Origin: Acidobacteriota bacterium
GTDB taxonomy: Bacteria > Acidobacteriota > Vicinamibacteria > Vicinamibacterales > Vicinamibacteraceae
Assembly (NCBI GenBank): GCA_020845575.1
Contig: JADLFL010000002.1
Location: 25,309-89,308 of the forward strand
Length of the DNA stretch: 64,000 nucleotides
Reading direction: 5' to 3'
In this document: positions 56,014 through 64,000 of the stretch, in pieces
Layout: every line of letters starts with the position of its first letter
Numbering within the stretch: the stretch's first letter is position 1
Notes under the pieces: model-generated
Databases searched by the model: none
What the model was told of the DNA's origin: nothing
Seen by the model: only the letters and a program-made list of their open reading frames with translations
Made by a program: the position numbers and the translations under genes

Positions 56014-57567
56014 ATGAGCCATCCCGGCGCGTCTGCGTGGCCGGATCACCCCTCGTCCTTCGCGGACCTGCTCGTCTCCGCCCTCCGCGAAGCGGTTGTC
56101 GTCACCGACGCCGACGCCACCGTCACGTACTGGAACGACGGCGCGACGCGTGTCTTCGGATGGACGGCCGACGAACGCGTCGGCCGCCCTCTCGTCGAAC
56201 GTCTGCCCGAGCACGAGCGCGAGGCGGTGGCCGCACAGATGCGCTCGATACTCGCCGGCAACGAGTGGCACGGCGAGTGTGAGGACTACCGCAAGGACGG
56301 CACGCGCGTGTGGCTCGACGCCAGCATCCGCCCCCTGCGCGCAGACGATGGGACCGTGGTGGGCATCCTCGGCATCGCCGAGGACATCACGGCGCGCAAG
56401 GACGCCGAAACCGCCCAGCAGGAGAGGGAGAAGGGACTCGCCGAGCAGATCCGGCAGTCGCAGAAGATGGAAGCCATCGGCAGGCTGGCCGGCGGGATGG
56501 CGCACGACTTCAACAACCTGCTCACGGTGATCAACGGCTACACGACCCTGCTGCTCGACAACGCGCCGGCGGACGCCACGCAGCGGGAGGCGCTCGAAGC
56601 CGTCCGCGACGCTGGCGAGCGCGCCGCGGCGCTGACGGCACAGCTCCTCACGTTCAGCCGCAAGGCGGTCGTGGAACCGCGCGTGATCGATCTGAATCGC
56701 GCGACCGAGTCGGCGCTGCGCCTGTTGCGACGCCTCGTAGGTGAGGACATCCATCTGTCGACGGAGTTCGCATCGTTCCTGCCCACCATCCGCATCGATC
56801 CGGGGCAGTTCGAACAGGTGCTGATGAATCTCGTCGCGAACGGTCGCGATGCGATGCCAGCCGGCGGACGTCTGCGCGTCGCGACATCGGAGGTGCGCGT
56901 TCCCGCGTCGCCGTGCGCGCAACCACTGGACCTGCCGGCGGGCCGCTACGTGCGCCTCACCGTGGCCGACACGGGCGACGGCATGGACGAGAACGTGCTG
57001 TCGCACATCTTCGAGCCGTTCTACACGACCAAGACCGTCGGCAAGGGGACGGGGCTCGGCCTCGCCACCGTCTACGGCATCGTCAGGCAGGCTGGCGGGA
57101 CGATCACCGTCGAGAGCGCCGTCGGCCGGGGATCCACCTTCCACGTCGTGTTGCCGGCAGTCGACGGCGACGTGGAACCCGGAGAGTCGCGCTCACGGCG
57201 GGCGACGCCGCGTGGACACGAGACCCTGCTCCTCGTGGAGGACGAGGGCGCCGTGCGCCGCTTCGCGCGGCTCGCGCTGGAGATGCAGGGGTACCAGGTG
57301 ATCGAGGCAGCGTCGGCGCGCGAGGCGTTGAGTCTCGCACCCGAGACACTCGCAGGCGTGGCCCTGCTCGTGACCGACGTCATCATGCCCGTCACGAGCG
57401 GCCGCGATCTCGCCGGGATGCTCAAGCGACAGTATCCGCTCATGCGTGTGCTGCTGATGAGCGGATACACGAGTGACGTCGGGGGGCCGAACGGCGCCGA
57501 AGCCTTCCTGCAGAAGCCGTTCACACCGCAGGCCCTCGCACGCAAGGTGCGCGACGTCCTGCAGTGA
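56014..57567 (+). CDS. Cytoplasmic hybrid histidine kinase (PAS-HisKA-HATPase-REC)
   Basis: YWNDGA...FGW (PAS), QKMEAIGRLAGGMAHDFNN, NLVAN, FEPFYTTK, GTGLGL, LLVEDE, LVTDVIMP, FLQKPF. Confidence 0.93.
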   Translation: MSHPGASAWPDHPSSFADLLVSALREAVVVTDADATVTYWNDGATRVFGWTADERVGRPLVERLPEHEREAVAAQMRSILAGNEWHGECEDYRKDGTRVWLDASIRPLRADDGTVVGILGIAEDITARKDAETAQQEREKGLAEQIRQSQKMEAIGRLAGGMAHDFNNLLTVINGYTTLLLDNAPADATQREALEAVRDAGERAAALTAQLLTFSRKAVVEPRVIDLNRATESALRLLRRLVGEDIHLSTEFASFLPTIRIDPGQFEQVLMNLVANGRDAMPAGGRLRVATSEVRVPASPCAQPLDLPAGRYVRLTVADTGDGMDENVLSHIFEPFYTTKTVGKGTGLGLATVYGIVRQAGGTITVESAVGRGSTFHVVLPAVDGDVEPGESRSRRATPRGHETLLLVEDEGAVRRFARLALEMQGYQVIEAASAREALSLAPETLAGVALLVTDVIMPVTSGRDLAGMLKRQYPLMRVLLMSGYTSDVGGPNGAEAFLQKPFTPQALARKVRDVLQ

Positions 57568-57574
57568 CGCGCCG

Positions 57575-60500
57575 TCAGCGCGAGAACACGGCTTCGTCGA
57601 GGTTCATGATCGTGTTGACCACCACGGTCCACGCCGCCACGTCAACGACGTCGAGCACCGCGTCGGGTGGCCGTTCGCCGGTGCCGAGCAGTGCCTTCGC
57701 CGCGTGCGCATCCGATACGAACCGCTGACGCGTGGTCGCGTGAAGCCGCATCAACGTGTCCACCTCGGACGATGATGGCGTGCGCGACAACACGCGCCTG
57801 AACCCCATCGTCACGCGATCGGCCGGCGACGCGTCGCTGCGAACGAGATCCTCCGCGAGCACCCGGGCACTCTCCACGAACTGCGGATCGTTCATCAGGA
57901 TGAGCGCCTGCTGCGGTGTGTTGGTCCGCTGCCGCGTGACGATGCAGGTGAGGCGCTCCGATGCGTCGAACGCCGTGGCCGAGGGCGGCGGTGCCGCACG
58001 CTTCCACGCCGTGTAGAGGCTGCGCCGATGGAGCGCCTCACCCTTCGACTGCGGATACGTCGAGCCTGCCGCGAGCGCTTCCCACACGCCGGGCGGCTGA
58101 TAGGGATACACGCTCGGACCGCCGATGTGGCGCACGAGCAACCCGCTGGCCGCCAGCGCGCTGTCGCGTATCTGCTCGGTGGACATGCGGAACGACGGCC
58201 CGCGCGCGAGCCATGTGTTGTCCGGATCGATGCCACGCGCCTGTTCGTCGGCCACCGACGCCTGGCGGTACGTGGCGGATGTCACGATCAGCCGCTGCGT
58301 CGCCTTGGCGTCCCAGCCCGACTTCACGAACGTCGTCGCGAGCCAGTCGAGGAGTTCGGGATGACTGGGCATCCGGCCCTGGCTGCCGAAGTCCTCGGCC
58401 GTCGCCACGAGCCCGCGACCGAACGCCTGCGCCCAGTAGCGATTCACGAACACGCGAGCCGTGAGCGGGTTGGACGGAGCGAGCAACCACCGCGCGAGGC
58501 CGAGCCTGTTGCGCGGCAGGTCGTCCGGGAACGGCATGATGGCCTGCGGCGTGCCCGGGGAGACTTCCTCGGTTGGTGCGTCGTAGGCACCGCGCGCGAG
58601 CAGGAACGTCTTGCGCGGCGTCGCCTGTTCGCGCATCACCATGACGCTGGGCTGCGCGGTGAGGATCGCGTTCTCTTCTCCGCGAATCGTGGTGATTTCG
58701 GCGAGGCGCTCGCGGTGCGCCTTGTCGACGCGCAGGACGTAGTGCTCGCGCAGCGCCGCCCGCTCGTCGGCCGACAGGTTCACCGACCCCGGTGTCAGAT
58801 GCCCGGTGCCCGATGCCCGGACCTTTGCGATGAGGCTCGCGAGCGCGTCGTCGCGACCGGCGAGTGCCGCGACTTCGACGGCGCTCAACTGCCTGGCGTA
58901 CGCGCGGAAGTCGTCGACGCTCACGTCGCGCAGGGATTCCTTGCTCAGTTCGCCGACGCTCCCGAGACGCAGGCCGAGCGGTGCGCCCGACATCTGTCGC
59001 CCTTCGATGCCGCTGTTGAACAGGCTGCGGTGGAGGTTGTCGACGAGCGTGCGCGTGGCGAGCGGCCGTCCGTCGAGGAACAGGCGAAGCCCCGCCGCGC
59101 GGCTCGATCCGTCGTAGGTCAGGGTGAGGTGACGCCACTGGTCGGGTGCAACGGCCTCCGTACTCCTGATCTCGATCGAGTCATCAGGCGCAACGTGGTG
59201 CAGCGCCGCTGTCACGGTCCCGTCGGATTCGACACGAACGAGGTACCCGCGATAGCCGTTCGCGAAGCTGCCCGACCGCGTGATCAACGGACCCGCCGTG
59301 CCCGCCACGTCCATGCGGAACCACGTGGCGAGCGAGAACGGCTCGTGCCTGTCGAACAACGCCGCGTCCTGCGGTGCCTTGATCTCGCTGTCGCCGCGCA
59401 ACCGCTGTGCACCGCCGATGCGACCTGGCACGGTCACGGGCGCGCGATCCTCGTCGCCGCCGAGGAACGCCGGCCCCGCCGCCGAGCCCGTGTTGACGAA
59501 CGTCTTCATCGGCACGAGCGTGCTGTTTCCCTTCCTGTCCTTCACGAGCACGCGTCCCGGGCGCATGTCGTCGAGCGGCAGGTGCACCACGAGGCCATCG
59601 TTGGCGGGCAGGCGGTCTGTCCCCTTCGTCGTGCGCAGCCATGCCGCGAAGCCCTCGTCGTACGCGGGAGCCTCGACGGCGACCTGTGGTTCGAGCCCGG
59701 CGCGCCTGGCGCGCAGATCCGCGAGTCGCGTCTCGGCCTCGGACGACGGCAGGATCACCGTGGGGCTCGCCATGCCCGAGTACGGCGCCTGTCCGGACTC
59801 GTTGACGGTGTTGAAGAACGCGAAGAGCTGGAAGTACTCCTTCTGGCTGATCGGGTCGTACTTGTGGTCGTGGCAGCGCGCGCAATCGAGGGTCACGCCG
59901 AGGAACGCGCGCCCGAGCGTCTGCACGCGATCCGCGACGTACTCCACGCGGTACTCCTCCGGTACGATGCCGCCTTCCTGGCTCTGCATGTGGTGCCTGT
60001 TGAAGGCGGTGGCGAGGCGCTGTTCCCGCGTGGCATCCGGCAGCAGGTCGCCCGCGATCTGCCAGGTGATGAACCTGTCGACGGGCATGTTGTCGTTGAA
60101 CGCGCGGATCACCCAGTCGCGCCACGGCGACATGTCGCGCGGCACGTCGTCCTGATAGCCGTGCGTGTCGGCGAAGCGCGCGATGTCGAGCCATTCGGCG
60201 GCCATCCGCTCGCCATAGGCCGGCGACGCGAGCAGGCGATCGACGAGCGACTCGTAGGCGTTCGGTGACGCGTCGCTCACGAAGGCGTCGACTTCCGCCG
60301 GCGTGGGCGGCAGGCCCGTGAGCGCCAGCGTCACGCGGCGGATGAGGACGTCGCGCGGCGCCTCCGGCTGCGGCGACAGCCCCTTCGACGCGAGTGGCGC
60401 CTTGACGAACGCGTCGATCGGGTTGCTCGCGGAATCGTGCGAGGGCAGGGCGGGCACCTCCGGCATCGACGGCGGCGTGTACGCCCAGTGCGGCGTCCAC

Positions 60501-60904
60501 TCGGCGCCCTGATCGATCCAGCGCACGAGCAGGGCCTTCTCGTAATCGGTGAGCGTGAGGTGCGACGCCGGCGCCGGCATCAGTACGGCGGGGTCGTCGC
60601 TGAGGATACGGCGCACGAGCTCACTGGAGCCCGGGCGGCCGGGCACCACGGCCGTGCGGCCCGACGACAGGCGCGCGAACGCGACGTCACGGACGTCGAG
60701 CCGCAGTTCGCTCTTGCGCGCCGCCTCGTCGGGGCCATGGCACATGAAGCACCTGTCCGAGAGGAGCGGCCTGACGTGCAGCGCGAAGTCCACGCGCTCG
60801 GGCAGTCCTTCGACGGCTGGCCCCGGCACGCCGCAGCCGGCGGTCGCGCCGGCCACCACCGCGGCCAGGACGCACCGTACGATGACCTTCTTGCTGGTGG
60901 TCAC
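57575..60904 (-). CDS. PSCyt1-DUF1549-LamG-DUF1553 (PSD1/PSD2, planctomycete-type cytochrome) protein
   Basis: Lipobox-like TAGC, RCFMCHGPD, HWAY, NPIDAF, YGERMAAEWLD.ARFADT.G, CARCHDHKYDP, LTARVFVNR, PSHPELLDWLA, TNTPQQAL.LMN. Confidence 0.93.
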   Translation of the reverse strand: MTTSKKVIVRCVLAAVVAGATAGCGVPGPAVEGLPERVDFALHVRPLLSDRCFMCHGPDEAARKSELRLDVRDVAFARLSSGRTAVVPGRPGSSELVRRILSDDPAVLMPAPASHLTLTDYEKALLVRWIDQGAEWTPHWAYTPPSMPEVPALPSHDSASNPIDAFVKAPLASKGLSPQPEAPRDVLIRRVTLALTGLPPTPAEVDAFVSDASPNAYESLVDRLLASPAYGERMAAEWLDIARFADTHGYQDDVPRDMSPWRDWVIRAFNDNMPVDRFITWQIAGDLLPDATREQRLATAFNRHHMQSQEGGIVPEEYRVEYVADRVQTLGRAFLGVTLDCARCHDHKYDPISQKEYFQLFAFFNTVNESGQAPYSGMASPTVILPSSEAETRLADLRARRAGLEPQVAVEAPAYDEGFAAWLRTTKGTDRLPANDGLVVHLPLDDMRPGRVLVKDRKGNSTLVPMKTFVNTGSAAGPAFLGGDEDRAPVTVPGRIGGAQRLRGDSEIKAPQDAALFDRHEPFSLATWFRMDVAGTAGPLITRSGSFANGYRGYLVRVESDGTVTAALHHVAPDDSIEIRSTEAVAPDQWRHLTLTYDGSSRAAGLRLFLDGRPLATRTLVDNLHRSLFNSGIEGRQMSGAPLGLRLGSVGELSKESLRDVSVDDFRAYARQLSAVEVAALAGRDDALASLIAKVRASGTGHLTPGSVNLSADERAALREHYVLRVDKAHRERLAEITTIRGEENAILTAQPSVMVMREQATPRKTFLLARGAYDAPTEEVSPGTPQAIMPFPDDLPRNRLGLARWLLAPSNPLTARVFVNRYWAQAFGRGLVATAEDFGSQGRMPSHPELLDWLATTFVKSGWDAKATQRLIVTSATYRQASVADEQARGIDPDNTWLARGPSFRMSTEQIRDSALAASGLLVRHIGGPSVYPYQPPGVWEALAAGSTYPQSKGEALHRRSLYTAWKRAAPPPSATAFDASERLTCIVTRQRTNTPQQALILMNDPQFVESARVLAEDLVRSDASPADRVTMGFRRVLSRTPSSSEVDTLMRLHATTRQRFVSDAHAAKALLGTGERPPDAVLDVVDVAAWTVVVNTIMNLDEAVFSR

Positions 60905-60937
60905 TCGTTCACGCCTTCCCTGTTGCCCGGTCTTCTC

Positions 60938-62044
60938 CTACCGCTGGATGCGCGCCGAACCGCCCTTCGCGAGCGCACGCACGTCCTCCACCGTCGCCAT
61001 CGTCGTGTCGCCGGGGAACGTGGTGATGAGGGCGCCGTGCGCCCAGCCGAGGCGGACGCTCTGCTCGGGGGATTCGCCGGAGAGCAATCCGTAAATCAAC
61101 CCTGACGCGAATCCGTCGCCACCGCCCACGCGGTCGAGCACGTCGAGCTGCATCACGGGTGCCGTGACGCGCTCGCCGCCGAACCACGCGACAGCCGACC
61201 AGCTGTGGCGATTGGTGGTGTGGACTTCGCGCAATGTCGTGGCCACCACCTTGATGTGCGGGTACTTGTCCACGACCTGCTGGATGGTCTCGAAGAACGC
61301 GCTCGTGTCGAGCGCCGAGTCCTTGCCCGCCTCAGGGCCCTTCACGCCGAGTGCCTTCTGCAGGTCTTCCTCGTTGCCCACCAGGACGTCCACGTGCTCG
61401 ACGATGCGCGAGAAGACCCCGGCGGCGCGCGACACGTCACCTTGCGCTTTCCAGAGCTTTTCGCGGTAGTTCAGGTCGAACGACGTGACGGCGCCAGCCT
61501 TGCGCGCGGCCTGCAGCGCTTCGATGATCACTTCCGCCGTCGTCTCCGACAGCGCGGCGAAGAGCCCGCCGCTGTGGAACCAGCGGACGCCCTCGCCGAA
61601 GATGGCGGCCCAGTCGAAGTCGCCGGGCTTCAGGAGTGCTCCCGCTTCGTTTGCGCGGTTGTAGAAGACCACCGGCGGGCGCACGCCCATGCCCTGGTCG
61701 CTGTACACGGTGGCCATGTTCGGCCCGCGCGCGCCGTCGTGATCGAAGTACTTGTAGAACGGCTTGACGCCCATCGCCCTGACGCGCTCCGCGATGAGGT
61801 CGCCGACGGGATATCTGACCATCGCCGTCGCAATCCCCGTGCGCAGCCCGAAGCCGTCCGAGAGGTTGGCCGCGACGTTGAACTCGCCGCCGCTCACGTG
61901 GATGTCGAGCGAGCGCGCCTTCCTGAACGGGACGCGACCGGGATCGAGCCTGTGGATGATGGCGCCGAGAGAGACGAGATCGAGCGAGCCTTGCGCGGGG
62001 ACGGAGAGAGTCATGAGCGATCGGTTCAGGGAGAGGGTCGGCAT
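60938..62044 (-). CDS. PfkB family sugar kinase, 2-keto-3-deoxygluconate kinase-like
   Basis: SGGEFNVA, FDLNYR..LW, GNEED, DRVGGGDGFASG. Confidence 0.88.
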   Translation of the reverse strand: MPTLSLNRSLMTLSVPAQGSLDLVSLGAIIHRLDPGRVPFRKARSLDIHVSGGEFNVAANLSDGFGLRTGIATAMVRYPVGDLIAERVRAMGVKPFYKYFDHDGARGPNMATVYSDQGMGVRPPVVFYNRANEAGALLKPGDFDWAAIFGEGVRWFHSGGLFAALSETTAEVIIEALQAARKAGAVTSFDLNYREKLWKAQGDVSRAAGVFSRIVEHVDVLVGNEEDLQKALGVKGPEAGKDSALDTSAFFETIQQVVDKYPHIKVVATTLREVHTTNRHSWSAVAWFGGERVTAPVMQLDVLDRVGGGDGFASGLIYGLLSGESPEQSVRLGWAHGALITTFPGDTTMATVEDVRALAKGGSARIQR

Positions 62045-62065
62045 TCGGCCGACGGTTTTCGTGCG

Positions 62066-63475
62066 TCAGGCATCGGCCCACTGCGTGTGGAACGAACCGT
62101 CGCGATCGGTGCGCCTGTACGTGTGCGCGCCGAAGTAGTCCCGCTGGCCCTGCGTGAGGTTGGCAGGCAGCCTCGCGCTGCGGAACGCGTCGTAGTAGGC
62201 CAGTGACGCGCCCGTGGCGAGCACGGGGATGCCAAGGCCGACCGCGGTCTGCACGAAGGTACGCCAGCCCTGTTGACGCTCGGCCACAGCGGCACTGAAC
62301 GACGGGTCCATCAGCAGGTTGACGAGCGACGCGTCGCGCGCGAACGCCGCGCGGATGTCCTCGAGCAGCGTCGCGCGGATGATGCAGCCCGCGCGCCAGA
62401 TGCGCGCCACCTCGCCGGGGTCGACGTCGTAGCCGTACTCGGCCGACGCCATCCGCAGCAGCGCCATCCCCTGCGCGTACGAACACACCTTGCTCGCGTA
62501 GAGCGCCTGTCGAGCGGCGTCGATGAGCGCGGCGCGATCGCCGCTGAACGCGGCGCTCGGCCCCGTGAGCACGCTGCTTGCCGCTACGCGTGCGCTCTTC
62601 TGGGCGGAGATGAGCCTCGAATCCACCGCCGCGTTCACCGTGGGAATCGGTGCGCCGACGTCGAACGAGTTCTGGCTCATCCACTTGCCGGTGCCCTTCT
62701 GCTGCGCTTCGTCGAGGATCACGTCGACGAGCGGGCCTCCGGTCTCGGGGTCGACCTGCGCAAGGACCGCGGCGGTGATCTCGACGAGGTACGACTTCAA
62801 CTCGCCGCGATTCCACTCCGCGAACAGCGCACCGATCTCCGGCGCTCGCAGGCCGAGGCCGCGACTGAAGACGTCGTAGACCTCGGCGATGAGCTGCATG
62901 TCGCCGTACTCGATGCCGTTGTGCACCATCTTCACGTAGTGCCCGGCCCCGCGGGCGCCGACGTGACCGACACACGGCTGTCCGTCCTCGGCGCGTGCGG
63001 CGATGGCCTCGAGGATCGGCGCCACGGCCTCCCACGCCGCCGTCGATCCGCCCGGCATGATCGCGGGGCCGCGCAGCGCGCCCTCCTCACCGCCCGACAC
63101 GCCGGTGCCGAGGTAGAGCAGCCCGCGCGCCGCGAGTTCCGCTTCGCGGCGATCGGTGTCCTTGAAGAAGGAGTTGCCCGCGTCGATCACGATGTCGCCG
63201 GGCTCGAGGTGGGGCGTGACGTGGGCGATGACCTCGTCGACGGGCTTGCCCGCCGGCACCATCAGCAGCACCTTGCGTGGCCGCACGAGCAATTCCGCCA
63301 GGTGCGCCGCCGACGACGCCCCGACGACGCGCCGCCCGTCACCCACGGCAAACGCCTGCGTCTTCGCCGCATCGAGGTCGTACCCGACGACCGAGAATCC
63401 CCGGCTCTCGATGTTGCGAGCGAGATTGCCCCCCATCACACCCAGGCCAATGACGGCGATGTCCACGGGGCACAT
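62066..63475 (-). CDS. gnd: NADP-dependent 6-phosphogluconate dehydrogenase
   Basis: IGLGVMG, MVPAG, DAGN, GVSGGEEGA, KMVHNGIEYG, QKGTGKW, QRDYFGAHTY; start refined to ATG 63475. Confidence 0.95.
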   Translation of the reverse strand: MCPVDIAVIGLGVMGGNLARNIESRGFSVVGYDLDAAKTQAFAVGDGRRVVGASSAAHLAELLVRPRKVLLMVPAGKPVDEVIAHVTPHLEPGDIVIDAGNSFFKDTDRREAELAARGLLYLGTGVSGGEEGALRGPAIMPGGSTAAWEAVAPILEAIAARAEDGQPCVGHVGARGAGHYVKMVHNGIEYGDMQLIAEVYDVFSRGLGLRAPEIGALFAEWNRGELKSYLVEITAAVLAQVDPETGGPLVDVILDEAQQKGTGKWMSQNSFDVGAPIPTVNAAVDSRLISAQKSARVAASSVLTGPSAAFSGDRAALIDAARQALYASKVCSYAQGMALLRMASAEYGYDVDPGEVARIWRAGCIIRATLLEDIRAAFARDASLVNLLMDPSFSAAVAERQQGWRTFVQTAVGLGIPVLATGASLAYYDAFRSARLPANLTQGQRDYFGAHTYRRTDRDGSFHTQWADA

Positions 63476-63487
63476 TGTGAACCTGTC

Positions 63488-63690
63488 AAAGAGAAAAGGG
63501 GAAGGGACAACGGACAAGGACAGCGACAAAGAGACAAGGAGCAAAGAGACAAGGGGCAAGACGAAGGAAGGAGAAGGAAGGCTGTGGCAGCGGTGTGCGA
63601 GCACCGTTGGCCTTCCCTCTGTCCTCTTTCGTCTTGCCCCTTGCGCCTTTTTCGCTGCCCTTGTCCGTTACCCCTTGACCTTTTCCCTTT
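63488..63690. repeat. Long imperfect inverted repeat built from purine/pyrimidine heptamers
   Basis: Purine-rich left arm (GACAAGG-like) about 63488-63581, pyrimidine-rich right arm about 63610-63690; shared blocks AACGGACAAGG and CAAGGGGCAAGACGAA. Confidence 0.75.
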
Positions 63691-64000
63691 TCACCGCATC
63701 TCAGCGCGAAGCGTGACCGTCTGCCCCGGTGGGATCTCCACGTCGAAGGCGATCGGCGTGAGCCCAGGAGAGTGGATCTCGATGCGATGGGGGCCGGCTT
63801 CCAGGTTCAGGTGCTGGAAGACGCCGTCGAAGTCGTCGACGATGCCCACGTAGTTGTCGTCGGCGAAGACCTGTGCGTCGCGAGGCGCATCGGTGATCCG
63901 CAGTCCGCCGTACGTCACGCCCGGAGTCGGGTCGTAGTACGTCGTCGGGACGGTGCCGAACGGGTAGAGACCGTCATCGCCGTAGTAGACGCCGACGCCG
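63691..64000 (-). CDS. PEGA-like domain protein, 3' end (partial)
   Basis: ...YYDPTPGVTYGGLRITDAPRDAQVFADDNYVGIVDDFDGVFQHLNLEAGPHRIEI; frame appears open to the window edge. Confidence 0.75.
   Translation of the reverse strand, partial: GVGVYYGDDGLYPFGTVPTTYYDPTPGVTYGGLRITDAPRDAQVFADDNYVGIVDDFDGVFQHLNLEAGPHRIEIHSPGLTPIAFDVEIPPGQTVTLRAEMR

Noticed and set aside
42414-60268. Long antisense or alternative-frame ORFs (e.g. 42414-44465, 47576-49729, 55198-57144, 58028-60268; also 15218-16753)
   Set aside because: Arg/Ala/Pro-rich, motif-free shadows of well-supported genes, expected at about 70% GC
63476-63604. N-terminal extension of gnd in the ORF track
   Set aside because: It translates the heptamer foldback repeat; the conserved Rossmann motif begins just after ATG 63475
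1-64000. tRNA, rRNA, tmRNA or known riboswitch
   Set aside because: No cloverleaf or recognisable conserved RNA motif found by eye; an Infernal/Rfam scan would be needed to exclude them

Overview
High-GC window (sampled coding lines about 70%), probably Acidobacteriota of the Vicinamibacteria/Luteitalea type. This is inferred from gene content: PEP-CTERM protein, PSD1/PSD2 cytochrome protein, TPR-sigma54 activator, TAT-exported enzymes. Mostly housekeeping and catabolic genes: PLP decarboxylase and aminotransferase, GH29, GH32, a hisI-G-D-C-B-H-F-A operon behind a His-leader attenuator, CzcCBA-type efflux with a two-component system, dynamin, DAHP synthase, a KdgK-like kinase and gnd. Two regions stand out. 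(1) 10.6-18.9 kb: a secreted S8 protease ending in 12 exact TLVWGD hexapeptides, followed by a TPR-like sigma54 activator whose sensor half is low-GC, and divergent from a peptide ABC importer across a dyad-rich intergenic region. I propose this as a candidate undescribed peptide-signalling or protease-control circuit (inference). (2) 19.7-24.3 kb: an accessory cluster of two AAA/DUF4143 ATPases, each with its own repeated operator-like motif, an HTH/nuclease-like broken gene, and an MNT-HEPN pair. Several REP-like palindrome families and degenerate heptamer repeats occur at gene junctions, some inside coding sequence. No tRNA, rRNA, CRISPR array, integrase or transposase was recognised. Start codons were refined by eye and family assignments come from recognised motifs, not database searches.
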